Shown: in pieces, positions 12,301-24,557 of the stretch | Layout: every line of letters begins with the position of its first letter | Position numbering within the stretch: the first letter of the stretch is position 1 | From: Laetmonice hystrix | Lineage: Eukaryota | Direction: 5' to 3' | DNA length: 64,000 nucleotides | Assembly (NCBI GenBank): GCA_965235115.1 | Contig: OZ249440.1 | Span: 32,614,001-32,678,000, forward strand | Translations under genes and position numbers: made by a program | Notes under the pieces: generated by a model | Told to the model about the DNA's origin: nothing | What the model saw: the letters and a program-made list of their open reading frames with translations, nothing else | Databases searched by the model: none

Positions 12301-14511
12301 CATTTCTCGAAATACTCATGGACCTTCGCCCTGACGTCCAAAAGAGCCACTGAGGTACAGTTCATCTCTTTACATATTCTATAGTTCTTGCTTTCTGTGT
12401 GTATTTTTTTTTGCCTGCCAGATTTCCGCATTCTGTATTTTCCGTACAAATGGCTAATAATATTTATTATTTACCTTTATCATCATGTTCTTAATTTGTT
12501 TTAGGTTGCTGAGAAACTTGTGACCCTCTTTACAATGTTTGGCCCTCCAAGAATACTGCAGTCAGACAACGGGGGAGAATTTGTTGCAGCAGTTATCTCA
12601 GAGTTGACCGACCTGTGGCCGGGACTACTAATAGTCCATGGGCGACCCAGACACCCTCAGAGCCAAGGCTGCATAGAGCGTGGTATGAATTATTTTAGTA
12701 AGACATAAAGTAATACGAATGAAATTCATGATGACAACGAACAGTAATTTGTGCATAGTTCAATATACTCTCCACTGTCATTATTTCATTCCAATGTGTC
12801 GTTTTTTATATTTCCAGGTAATGGAGACTTGCAACTAAGACTAGGAAAGTGGCTTGAGGAGCAGGGTGGTACCTGGTCAACAGCTCTGCAGTTTGTTACC
12901 CATGCTATGAATACCTCAACAGCATCAGCCACCAAGAAGACACCATATGAAGTGGTCTTTGGGCAGAAGCCACGTGCGGACTTTTTCTTGCTGCAGCAGC
13001 TCTCACAACAGGTGAGTTGGTACTATTGACTATTTGGTTCTATTGTAAGTATATTACTTTTTTTGATGTTCATAATATATTTTGATGTATTAGGCACTCA
13101 ATACTGATTTGTCATTTGAGCAGGGACCATTGCTGGAAGAGACCATAGACCCTGCACTATTTGAAACTGAGGCCGATCAACAAGAAGGACCCCACAGAAT
13201 TGTAAGTAATTATGTCCAATTAAAGAGAATAACTGATCTTTTCTATACAGAAAATATATTATTCAGTAGTTGTATATATGTATATTATCGAGACAGAGAG
13301 CGACAGAGTCAAATAATGCAAATGCTTTTTTTACCTGTCACAATGTACTCGAACTACTCAAGTTAACACTGCTTCATAACCATATTTCAGGAAGAGCCCT
13401 ATGCATCTGCAACGACTAATCTACCCCAGATGTCCACAGCCTCAGTCTCTGGCAGCGACTGTTCCAGCACCAGGAGCAGACTGGCAGACTTCCTGACAGA
13501 GGAGGCACCATCCACTTCACAACCAAAATCTGTCAAGCGCAGCCGTAGCTACCACATGCTACACCAAGGAAACGCCATAGCAGAGGGTGTCAAGATCACA
13601 AATCGCAGCACTCTCCATGGTTCATCTTTTGACCAGACCACACACACTGTTATGCAGGTCATCAGCGTCATCGACGAGTCGTTTATTCCAAGAGAACACA
13701 ACCCTCAAGAAGAGCCAATCCAAGAAGACCAGTATGTCCTGTGGCCAATCGACTCCCTCCTAGACATCGACACAGACCCTCACTCAAAACATGCCAAAGT
13801 CAGACAGCAGGCAACTGTATCCTATTTGAAAACAGGTACGTTTATATAATAGGATAATAATATTAATGTACACTGCCGTTACAATAATTCTTCTTTGTTT
13901 AAATGTTATAATATACGATTGCTCAGGTGTTGTTTTTAATTCAAGTATAATAATATATGTCTTCATTTACAGCTAGGCGTCAGAACCAACAGCACAAGCA
14001 ACTGAGCCAAGAGAAGGACTTTTCCATTGGGGATACTGTTGGTATCCGTATCAACAATGCTGATCGTACCAACACTGGTAAGTTTTTGTACTGTGAGATA
14101 AAACGTTGTACGAGTCATGGTACGTCAGAAATACGTAAATGCATATTGTTACTTTTGCATGTATTTGCAGATGCCCGAATACTGCCGTGTCGAATACTGC
14201 ACAAGGAGCCAAGTTCCCGTACCCCCTTCAAAGTGTATTCGGCCACCGGAGTCATCACAACTTCATTTTCGGCAGCAGACCTGACGGACATGAAGTCTGT
14301 TCATTTTCCTTCCCTGGCGAAGGCGGTCCCCAGCGATCTTCCAGAGGTGTCCCTCATCCAGGCCAGCAGGGACCAAACCCGATACCGAAAGGCATCCAAG
14401 TGCGCCTGCCGTGGGGGCTGCACTACAAACAAGTGTTGCTGCAGAAAAGGTGGATTTACATGTGCCACCAAGTGCCACCCAACCAACCAGGCGTGCCAAA
14501 ACAGGTGCTAA
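6312..14511 (+). CDS. Ginger2 transposase (KRBA2/SCAND3-like integrase), 8 exons, interrupted by a Sola2 insertion in exon 2
   Basis: Exons 6312-6513, 6789-6809 joined to 11984-12354, 12505-12682, 12818-13011, 13124-13201, 13391-13835, 13973-14077 and 14171-14511, all GT-AG and phase-compatible. Motifs: HHCC (HQRVGH...CQTC), QVDLIDM, QSDNGGEF, HPQSQGCIER, TPYEVVFG, and C-terminal CxCxxxCxxxxCxC...CH. Confidence 0.85.
7234..9207 (+). CDS. Sola2-like DDD transposase, main exon; probably spliced to downstream exons up to about 11390
   Basis: SKFANLRPPH, CLCIYC, VLDFSENF...QSARW..QVTLFP, SDDKSHD, FTDGAASQFK, FFGSCHGKGPSDG, CVCQAC. In-frame stops upstream of 7234 suggest the 5' end is damaged. 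Confidence 0.75.
   Translation: MFFTGSALRKATSRAASALPKTQTKRQKVLEILARNLQPNEEPAAAALQEAIRKTKPGQKGTLITRIAKKIKEGYKNKKRAAQNLGIRYKTLLSRTKDGSSQEFQRKTRKDAMNVSEKNKVISFYEKQHISTEMAGKKHVSLKTHKQSRYLQCSLKETYKMYKEENANASSVISFSKFANLRPPHIKPHTQVQFDQCLCIYCTNMELKLKVLNQRLLRKNVNYTKYTVVDATLCPRREDSRWHKLQCVQRNCPDCPKLDLAMHFTAEELEQSTTWYRWEQTEIASGEKKMLPTEKKGTTKGLIKEIMTELEPFSSHLFVAKWQQEQLSYILDNMPSETVVMVLDFSENFTCEFQYAVQSARWWKPQVTLFPAVVYYMCPDDGQRIQESICIVSDDKSHDFHGVHHYTEVIIEHLYSTRKIPISQVIEFTDGAASQFKSRIPIADISCGMSFGGKTLKFQRHFFGSCHGKGPSDGEGDGEIKSYVTRAIKSRNVKISGAHDFYEYAKEHLTREPTEDAGCLHSRRVFRYVDAADVVRPRPDRDIKTVPGTRSLHSIIGIQPGFVIARHITCVCQACLGGTPQQCLKQVSPIQPIRLARKDGLDWLPDVNEQLGKQYYNYNLSIVLVEDEGLSVSEPEPTMLQELVDLFQVSTNGKFYE
9431..10464 (+). 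repeat. Coding minisatellite of 21-bp and 18-bp units encoding PPEGPQL / PEGPQL
   Basis: About 50 units of cagctgcctccagagggacct or cagctgccagagggacct inside an open frame preceded by a ttttcag acceptor at about 9325. Confidence 0.9.
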
Positions 14512-15070
14512 GAATGTATAATTCTAGATTGTAATAACCTTTTTGAGATGGTCTTTCTTATGTAATTTTATTTGTGTAATTAGTTCACTTTAATTTGTAC
14601 GGTGTATTTTGAATAATATATGCATTCACTATTTCATAAAACCTCTTGTTCATTTAAAACAACTGGCAGTAGGGAGAGGTCAGTAGTTATTCGATGAATT
14701 ATTACTTTTGTAATTTGTATCTATTCTAATGTAACTATTTGCTATTACTAAGATATTACTACCCGGTATATGTCTATAGTATAAAGTGAACATGTATTTT
14801 TAATAAACATTTGTATTGACCTGAGGTGGTTTTGGTTAAAATGTGATGGAGTAATGTGACAATGTGCTGTGTAGGAAATAAAATAGTCCATGGAATGTCC
14901 TTGGTATAAAACGAGCATGTATTTTTCAAAAACCTTTGAGGAGGGGGTTGCAATGCGATGGAGTGTTATTTAATTAGGTATTTTCTATTTATTTATTTTA
15001 ACTAGGCCTATTTTCGTTTACAATGCCATGTGTATCTGAAATAAAATACATAAAAAGAAACTCGATTTTA

Positions 15071-15488
15071 TTAAATCCATGATGAGGAACCAGGATTTGG
15101 ATCTGGACCAAGAGTCATTGGATTGGGATCTGGGCTGGACCAGATTGAAATTATTATTTCGTCTGGACCAGTTGCCAACTGGTCCGGACCAGATTCCAAT
15201 CTTATGACTGAAAACCTCGATTGGCATCCAGGCCAGCCCAGATGCCAATTGTGATCTGGTCCGGTCCAGTTTCCAATTGGTCCGGCCCAGATCCCAATTG
15301 GCATCCAGGCCAGCCCAGATGTCAATTGTGATCTGGTCCGGTCCAGTTGGCAACTGGTCCGGACTAGATCACAATTGGTATCTGGGCCGGACCAGATCCC
15401 AATTGGGATCTGGGCCGGACCAGATCCCAATTGGGATCTGGTCCGGACCAATTGGCAACTGGGCCAGATTGGGATCTGGGCCACGACA
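15071..15488 (-). repeat. Right TIR of the Ginger2 element
   Basis: Inverted copy of 4924-5313 with one extra unit of about 28 bp. Confidence 0.95.
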
Positions 15489-15907
15489 TATATATGTCGT
15501 CAAAAAAGCCCAATAAAATTATCTCTAAAATCTTATTATCTGATATCTCAGATCATTTCCCAATGTTAGTTTATGAACTTAGCCAAAATCAGCCTGCAAG
15601 ACTGCTGCTGAAATTGAAAGCTAGGGATATAAATAGCATCACACTAAATAAAGTTACACCTTACTTCAGACTCATTGACTGGAGTATTTTGGAAACAATG
15701 ACGGTACACAAATCATTTGAATTACTCAATAGCACCACCCTAGAAGCTCTTGATCTGTTTGCACCAGACAGAGAAGTAACAATCCCGGCTAAATATATAA
15801 TTAAGGGAAAATGGATGACAAAAGGACTTTGTAAATCTTCATCCACTAAACATAAATTATATGTAAGAAGCTTAGGCAAACCTAAACGTGATCTCATATA
15901 CCTTAAG
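15489..15907 (+). pseudogene. LINE ORF2 segment 2
   Basis: YMSSK...LSDISDHFP...IDWSIL...LDLFAP...KWMTKGLCKS; continues the endonuclease domain of segment 1. Confidence 0.85.
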
Positions 15908-18322
15908 TACGGAAGCCGAGAATGCTACCCTGAAAAAAAACACAAAAAAACTCACAAGAAAAAAATTTGCAAAGAAAAAAAAATTCTCGCGAGAAAAAAA
16001 ATTGAAAAAAAAAATCATGCGAGAAAAAAAAAATTTGAAAAAAGGGGAAAAAAGTGTTTCTGGAGATCTCGGGAGACGAGAAATCAGAGTTGGCGGCATG
16101 GGCGCCGCCATATTGCATTTAGTAATAGGCCTACACCAGTTTATAGTTCGACGGAGTGCATGCAGGGCGGCCGGTCTACCGCTGGGGGGAGACGGGGGTC
16201 TACACATGGTTTTCCACACATGCGGGATACAAATTAGGGGACAGTCGGATGTTGATTGACATTTTAGGCGTTCGAGTGGAAGGGGCGGAGGGTGGGTCAA
16301 GCCGGTTATGGCCTGCTGACACACTGACTGACAGTCTGCACACTGCCGCAGCCTGCGGCTGCGCTTGCTTAGCCGCGGCAGTTCACGCCCACATCGACAG
16401 CCTGTGGACAGAGTTGGGTGAAGCACTGTGCATGTCGGACTACTCTCCATGTGTATAGATCTAAGGTCACAGCCAGAAAAATCTGTCGCAACTTTCCAGT
16501 GGTGGAATTGTGGCTTCATGGACGCCGCTGGCTTTGTTTACTCACAACTTCAAACGAGGCGCAGATTGTGACGAACTATTAAACTCGTGTAGGCCCCTAT
16601 TCCCTGACTTGGGTAGCCCCAAAGGTATTTTGTTTCCCTGAGTCAGTAGCTATAAGGCTGGATTCCACCAAAAGTGTGTTTCGTGGGCCGATGCATCGGC
16701 CCGAAAAGACATCTGGCCGAACTTGGAGGCGATGTTTGTACACGATGTCGGACGTCGGTTCATCTGATGAATAAACAAAATTGCTCTTCCACCAAGCCAT
16801 CGGATGGCGAATCTGATCATCGGTCCGATGACAAAATATTACTAGATCTACAGTATAGGCCTATTTGCATTCCCGCCGATTTAATAACCTCGCGGCTCAT
16901 GTACATACTAATAAGGGCGTTCAAGATGAAGTGGAGTGACATTCAACTTGTCACACTCGGGGTCACAGCAACTTTTCTACTAGAAGATGAGGATATGTTC
17001 ATCTGCAACGGTATCGAGAGACGCCATCGGCAGGCCTACTGGATGGCGCCTTACCTGCGTGACAGAACAGACCCAACACAACGTAACACAATGCCCAAAT
17101 TGGAGAGACACATGTCATGATAAAGGTGAGCACATGTAGTCGATAATAGGTGGAAACTCAGTTTCTATACATCTGACTGTGACGATAGACTGGACCTAAG
17201 GTAATTTTCACGAAAAGAATGCAGATTCAGTGCCCCCGTTCGAGCCCTCCTAAAAGGCAGGCTTGGCCTAACAGGGCCAATTGGCACCGATTGGTGCGGG
17301 GGAGGGAGTAAGGTATTGGTGCAGGGGGGTTACAGGGGACGGATCCAAGTGTTAGTTAGGACCTAACAAAAGCTAAAAAAAATCTTTAGCACCCAGGGGG
17401 GTTACAGACCCCCGGGCACGGCCCTGCCTAAGGTGTTTATCAGTAACAGATGGAGAGTTACAATGAATTGTAAACATTTTCTACAAATGTGATGAAACAA
17501 AATATTGGAAAACCTTGGGTAGCGATGGCTTATAGGGCAGGTGGGAGAGATGGTGTTAGTTTTGGAGACGAGGAAATGCATCGTCCGGTATGGCTATAAA
17601 TAGTTTATAAATGATTTTTTTTTGGTGTTGTAATATTTTTATTTCTACCTTACTTTAACACACAGAGTCAAAACGCTAAAGCTTTATTAAATTTCTTTTT
17701 GTTAAGACAGATAATAAAACATTTTAAATACTCTTTTCAGCTTGGCTGTGATTACGAATTTATGGCAACCATTAGAATGTCGCCAGACGTCTATGCTGAA
17801 ATAAAGAGACTTGTATATCCCCACATCTATAGACAAAATACGAACTAAAGAGAGTCTATAACGCCAACTGAACGTCTTTCGCTCACCCTCAGATACCTAG
17901 CTCACGGTGAGTACAGGAAAATATTTCTATGGAGGATATAAAAGATAGCCACTAAAGCTCATGGGTCATTCCATGGTAAATGTAGCCAATGTGTTATATG
18001 ACGGCTGACATGGGGGATTGGAAGACGTGAAGGACGTAACATCTGACACTTCCAAAGGCGTGAAAGAAAAGATAAATCAAGTCTTGGCCTTTCCACAGCA
18101 CACATAATAATTTGAGCAGTGATCTCACAAGACTGGACCTCACAAAAATACAAAAGACCCTTTAAAACAAAAGAAATTATTGATGACATAAAATGTGTGA
18201 TAAAAAGTAGACTTCATTATCTGATTATAGAACAAATACAAAGAAGATGTGTATGTGGCCAATTGCTTTCCTCCTCGAGAATATTCTGGAAAAATTGTTC
18301 AGAAAAATGTTAGCCCTCTTAA

Positions 18323-18853
18323 AGGGGCATATTATGAGGAAACGTGAAAAATCGGTATTTCATAGAACTTTTGCTGTTTTCATAAAGAGATCCTTCATTA
18401 ATATTGCTTGGTAAACAAAGACATCAGTTATCAGTTTCATTTTGCCTGAGAAATTGAAGTTTATGAAGCTCCCTTGCCCGCTTTTCTGCCGATTTCGTAA
18501 AATATTTTTTGGGTGGCATTCTGATGCCGGACGATCGAGTGCAACTGCTGAATTGTTTCCAACTAAACGAAGCACGTGACTAATCACATGCAGAGAGTGC
18601 ACACGCAGGATGTGACACAGTATGCAATTACACGGGTTGATGGGAGGTTGTCTATAGCAAATTATGGCGGGAGATGTGCTATCGGGAGAAATCTATAGGT
18701 TTGGTCGCATAGAATCTACTTGTGCTGCATACGCAGCGAAAACACGTCGGAGGACAAAATGCTGTGGTAGGATTATTTACTTGGATCCCTAGTACACGAT
18801 CATGTTGGATAATTGCCGGAAATCTAAAAAAACGTGTTTCATAGCATGCCCCT
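18323..18853. mobile_element. Kolobok-type MITE in a Harbinger intron
   Basis: ttaa|AGGGGCATATTATGA ... TCATAGCATGCCCCT|ttaa. Confidence 0.7.
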
Positions 18854-18940
18854 TTAAAAGGAATATAGAATCCACCTGGAAGAGTGTGGAGTTCATCACT
18901 GATAATGATCATCAGCGTACAGCGTACACGCTACACTACA

Positions 18941-19394
18941 CAGGCCCGTAGCCAGGGGGGGGTGCGCAGGGTGCGTACGCAGCCCCCCCCCCCCCCCACA
19001 GCCCAAGCTCCCCCTAACTTCAAAAGGTTGCAAGCACTCGCTGGAGTAGGCCTACCCTGCACCCCTCACCTGCCCAACAGTCCAAGATCTTCCTAACTTC
19101 AGTTATTTTGTGCTCCAAATTGCACCAGATATCACCAAAATACACCTTAAATTTCAAAATTTTCTGGGGGGCCATGACCCTGGATCCGCCTAACTATAGG
19201 CTTCGCGCTCTCAGAACTAAAAGTTTGCAGACTTTGCACCTTTGGCCTGTGGGGCTTGTGTGCTTCGTGCCTATAGCTATGAGCGCTGGGGGACTGTAGC
19301 GGTAGGGGGGTTGGGGGTGTCCCCTGCATTCCTGTTCCTAAATATTGACAGCCAAGGCCGTAGCTAGCGGAGGGGGGCAGTTCCCCCCTGTAAC

Positions 19395-19425
<31 letters not shown>

Positions 19426-20289
19426 ACCCACCAGAAAATTGTCATATTAGGTCTAATTTGACTGCAAACTGGCTGGGATCGTCGGTGGTATCATCAAAAG
19501 TGGCCCAGCAGGCTTTTCATTTCTATCAGAAAAGTGATTTCCAGATGCCGGGAAATAGCGGGTTTCTTTTGCCTTCCATATTAATTTTTTCCCCAAGGGA
19601 GGGCCCGGACCCCAAGCGGCAGGAACGGCTCACTCTGTCGGCGCTTGCTGAATTTTACCTTATAGCTTTATCTCTGCACCCCTTTCGCAAATGCCTGAAT
19701 CAGCCCCCCTATCTTGTCCATTACATTTTTTTTGTATAGTATTTCCATGCAGGGAGGGATCCAGGTTGGCGCCAAATGGGGGGGGGGGGGTTGTGAGTGC
19801 CAAGAAGGGGTATATGCTTGGTTTGAACCTTTCAAGCAGAAAAAAAATTAGCCACTGGTTCTCATATAAATAAATGCACACGCCCCTGTTCATTTAAAAA
19901 AAGTGTTTTCAGCTATAGGACCTCGGCCTAACTAATATAACACCTTGCATTTCCGTCCCAGATGCCAGAGAAACGCCTATTTGGCACTTTAATTTTCAAT
20001 TATTTTTTGACCCCTCTCCCCCACTCAAGGCTTTGCGTCTTCGGCGGGCCTTCCCCAAATTCCTGAATCCGCCCCTGACTGCCCTACTCAGAAAGTTCGA
20101 AGCTGGGTAGGTTATATGGATTATGAACATCTTGCTCCCTCCCTTTCTCATTGTTTTTGGCGACGTTGGTAAGCACTTTTACGGCCCAAATTAGGCTACC
20201 TAGACAACAGAACACCGATGGCAAAAATACCCCTTCTTCCGCATAATACGCACCCCCCCCCCCCCAAAGAAATCCTGGCTACGGGCCTG
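18941..20289. mobile_element. hAT5-like MITE with a 5-bp TSD
   Basis: ctaca|CAGGCCCGTAGCCAGG ... CCTGGCTACGGGCCTG|ctaca. Confidence 0.7.
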
Positions 20290-23200
20290 CTACATAAGTA
20301 AGAATACAACACAGTGCAGGGAAAATAAAATATTCCTATTGAAAAAAAAGATATAATGACAGGGGGATTGGATGTAACATGGACAGTGACACCATAGTGC
20401 CTTCAGTTCTTTGTTACGTCTAGAACCGTAGGTGAATTTAGCTGGTATTTTCCCAATGAAAAAGGCAATAGATTATTGCCAATGGGCAGGAGTATTAGGA
20501 GAAATTAGTAAGAACTCAAGAGAGAATGATATCTTATTTACAGCTGTCCAGCAAAATATTTCACAAGTATAAAGTCTGTCATTGACCAGAGCACTCAGTA
20601 GAGCATCTTGGTGTAGCATAGCTTCTGACTTGCCAAAATATATCTCATGTCATAAATATATTTGAATTCCCCTATAAATTCTCCTATAAATATTCACAGT
20701 ATGGATTGGACGTAACAGGTTATGGAAGTAACAGAACTCTACACATCAGAAACTAATGCCTGAAGTCCTCTCTCATTTTCCTCATGTTGGAGCAACAGTC
20801 TGAGCATGTGTAGGCAAATTGTAGGTGTTCTGATGTTTTAAAAAGTTTGTAAATCAATGTCTTTTATATGTTTTTACAGGCGACAGTGTTCATACCCTGC
20901 ACCATGCATACCTCATAGGATATAGCACTGTTCTTCCTCTTGCCAGGGATACTTGCCGTGCGATATTTCGTGTCCTAAAAGATGAGCATATGAAGGTAAT
21001 TTTATAAAGTTTAATTTTATGGGTAAATTATTGAATTAAATTTCATTACGTCTTAGCTTGTTATTATGATAGTCGACTTTATATTTGTGATTATTTTGTA
21101 TTAATTTGTGTATGTGCGTGCGTACATGAATCTATTTTATTTCTATCAGATACCAAGCACCAGAGTGGGAGGCAATAGCAAGAGGCTTCCAACGTCGATG
21201 GGACTTCCCCAATACACTAGGAGCTGTTGACGGGAAGCATATCAGGATCAGATGCCCAATAGGGTCAGGATCCGTATACTACAACTATAAGAACTACTAT
21301 TCTCTAGTCCTGCTCGCTGCAGTCGACAGTGATTACCGCTTTGTATATGTCGACGTAGGGTCGGAAGGAAGAGCATCGGATTCAACCATATGGAAAGAAG
21401 GCGATTTCTATAAAGATATCTGTTCAGAAACAAACGTTTTGACCCCCCCCCCCCCCGCCAAAGAAATTGCCAGGCTGCAAGGATCGTCTGCCATACTATT
21501 TCGTGGGAGACGATGCTTTTGCATTAGGGGAACACATGATGAAACATTTCCCTTCCAAGAGTCCGATGTACGCTGAACGGGTCTACAACAACCGGCTTAG
21601 CAGAGCCAGACGCGTTGTTGAAAACTCGTTTGGCATGCTCGCCAACAGGCTTCGGATCCTACATCGGCAACAGGACATGGAACCAGAAGGTGTAAAAGTC
21701 ACTGTAATGACCATGGCAGTCTTCCACAACTTCTTAAGAAGTAAGTCCAAGTCAGACTACATGGCCAAGGGTCAGGTGGATTGGGAAGACCGTAACCATG
21801 ATGTCATTCTTGGTGAGTGCAGGGCAACTGGGCAGTTGGACAGCTTGGGACACATGAAGGTGAGACACCCAAGTCATTACGTGAAAGAAGTCAGGAACAG
21901 CATCCGGCGGTGGTGTATAAGTAAAGATGGAAAGGTCCCTTGGCAGGATGAGCAAGTTCGCAAGATGAGGGAAGATGAAGAGGCTGAAGAAACCGAGTAT
22001 GGAAAGGGATGCTTAAGGACAGGTCGTGACTAGGTCCTTCTTATTCATGTAGCTAGAGGATATTGATATAAATGTACTAGTGATTAAAGAATGGGTCCAG
22101 GCAAGATTAAAGGCAGCTAAGTTTGATAGATAAAACAAAGCAAGGGATATTTTGGGCCCTCAACCGTTGAACGAATATTTATAAGCAGCAGAATTGGTCC
22201 AAAAATTGTACTTAGAGAATGTATGCATTCCTATTGATATCTGCCCTAAACCTAGCCTAAATCTTGCCCAGACTCATCCTTCAATATTCTGAAGTTAACT
22301 AATGGTATATTAGATACAAGGGTTAGGATCTTGTAGTACTTAACAATAACTCTTCTACTTGAACTGTTATCTTTCATTCGTGAAAAATTGTAAAAATTGT
22401 ATGCAAAGCGTTGATTATCTTTATGGTCATTCAGTATCAAAGCATAAGGGTCAGAACAAGCCCAGTAATGGATGTGATTTTATTCATAAAATCATATTAT
22501 ATGAATAAAGATTACGGTTTTTTTTAAAATAACAGTTGTATTTTCCTTTATAAAAACGTCTTCTAGTAACTTTTCTAAGGACACAATTGTCTAAGGATAG
22601 AAATACAACTACCATGTTTAGAACGTTTAAAATGTTTTAAACCTTATCCAACGTTTAACAATTGTAATACGCTTAATCTATCTGAAATGACATATTTTTC
22701 CTCTTAATCGCCATTAATGTCCAATAACTAAAGGTTTAAAAATATTTCCTTTTTTCTGAATTACATCGATATTCATAGGTGTGTACACTCTCCTATCTGG
22801 GGGCTATAATGAACCTAAAATGTAAAAAAAAGCAACGAACTAACTCTTCACATGTCAGTTTGTGATATTTACCAGTATTACGCTGGAGTGCCCAGAGTAC
22901 ACATGAAAAAACCTAAACCAACCTACAACCCAGAATAAAATCCACATTTTTGGAAAAAAAAAATTCTGAACAAACCTATAATCTCTGTATGTATAAAATA
23001 AGACGATAATCTCCTGATTCTGCAGTGTAATCAATATCCAGGCATCCCTACCTATTAATTTTAGCCATGGGAAGAGGAATTTGTATAAAGTTATGTTTTC
23101 TCAAAACTCTGAATATGTAATCTGAGCAGTACGCACTGTAATATGCAGAATATACATATAAAATCTGTCTTGGATCAAATAGATAATGACCTAATTGTAC

Positions 23201-23311
23201 AAAAATAAGTCTATTTTCATTCCTTTCCTTAGGAAAAATCCGTCCTTTAATGTGTTTTTTTTACAAAGGATATGTACATAAATTTGGCATCAATGCACAG
23301 TATGCATCAAG

Positions 23312-24557
23312 TTAAACTATACATGTATTGCCCCGAATGGCCTCAAAGGCCAACTGGGAAACGCGAAGCATAAATATGTCCTTATCATCCTGGCTCATAC
23401 GTCCCATCTGACATGACAATGATTTAGCCCACAAGAGATCAGCTTTCTCTAGGCCCTCAATGATTTTCTCTGTTGGATGGCGATTGGCTATTGCTGAAAT
23501 CGACTCGGTGAGGGAGGTCTTTAGCTTGGTGCGGTCAGCTATGACTTCAGCGGTAGCATTGCCAATAAATATGAAAAGGGAAATAATTAACAAATGGCAT
23601 TCATAGATAAATTTTATGACTCTAAGGGTAACTCAGATGACAAAAATTATAAGATCAATGTAAAAAATGATCTAAAATGGGGGAAAATGTGGGGGTGGGT
23701 GTATATGTGTATCCGTATAATCAGTATTATCGTGACTTGTATACATAATATACATTACATCTAGCCCACTTGGGTTTTCATAAGTCACACTTATTTAAAA
23801 ATAAGATAAAAGCGCTTGCAACCTGATTTAACCAACTACAGAGATTATGTTTTTTTCGAAAATCTTTCCAACAAATCTACTTGTCTCCATAATTATATCC
23901 ATCGACATAATTGAAAAAACACTGGTCAGGGGTGTAATCCAGAATTTTCAGTTGGTGGGGGGGGGGGGGGATCCAGGTCGAGGCCAATGGGTTGTGTTTG
24001 GGACACAAAAGGCTTGTCAACCAGAACTGCCCCCCCCCCGTCATACAAAAGGGTTATCCCAATAATTACCCCCCCCCAAAAAAAACTGCGATTTTTATGG
24101 ATGACTCAAGGGTTCTCACCAGAAATTTTCGACAGCGTAGTGGTCAAACCAAGGGCAGAGGGTCACAGGAGAGGCAATGCCCCCACCCCGGCCCCCACCC
24201 CCAAACTATAGTAATTTAGGCTGACGGGACTTGCTGCGTCCAAGTCCCGGTCAGTGATGGCTGCAAGCCGGTCAGGTGGCTGGGCGGAATGTACAGTACA
24301 GCGGAAGATACAGTACCGGTTCACGTGACCCGGTCTGGACCCAACCTTGAATTCGGGGATGAATACAAACGCACCTCTCCCCCACCCAAATCTATCAGAT
24401 CCTTTTCCCAATCGTCCAGTTTCTTTGCCGCACCCCTAACAGTTCTACGTGGTGGTCGCGGGGGCGGTCCACTTTCTTGCCCTGCAGGGTCAGGGACATC
24501 ACATTTTGGGTTTTCTTTGGTCTTCTTCGCTGGAGCCTTTCTTTTCTTTCCTGCCAT
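23312..24557 (-). CDS. Putative Harbinger accessory DNA-binding gene (basic N-terminus, BESS-like C-terminus), fragmentary
   Basis: MAGKKRKAPAKKTKE... at 24557 and a last exon ...DLLWAKSLSCQMGRMSQDDKDIFMLRVSQLAFEA; convergent with the transposase, as is typical of Harbingers. Confidence 0.45.

Larger units (their letters stand above)
4924..15488 (+). mobile_element. Ginger2/TDD-type DNA transposon (Gypsy-integrase-related transposase)
   Basis: TGT...ACA termini, about 390/418-bp TIRs and a 4-bp TATA TSD (4920-4923, 15489-15492). Removing the element restores LINE DNIYMSSK. It contains an intron-containing integrase gene. Confidence 0.9.
16926..22033 (+). pseudogene. Harbinger (HARBI1-like) DDE transposase, 4 exons, with stops and frameshifts
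   Basis: Exons at about 16926-17124, 17741-17906 (RMSPDVY...N*RESITPTERLSLTLRYLAHG), 20880-20995 and 21150-22033 (WDFPNTLGAVDGKH, YYNYKNYYS, DVGSEGRASD, VGDDAF, RLSRARRVVENSFG). Confidence 0.85.

Noticed and set aside
15872..16519. Lys-rich and Phe-rich ORFs here and at 25864-26423
   Set aside because: They come from A/T tracts in the TIRs of the IS3EU-like element.
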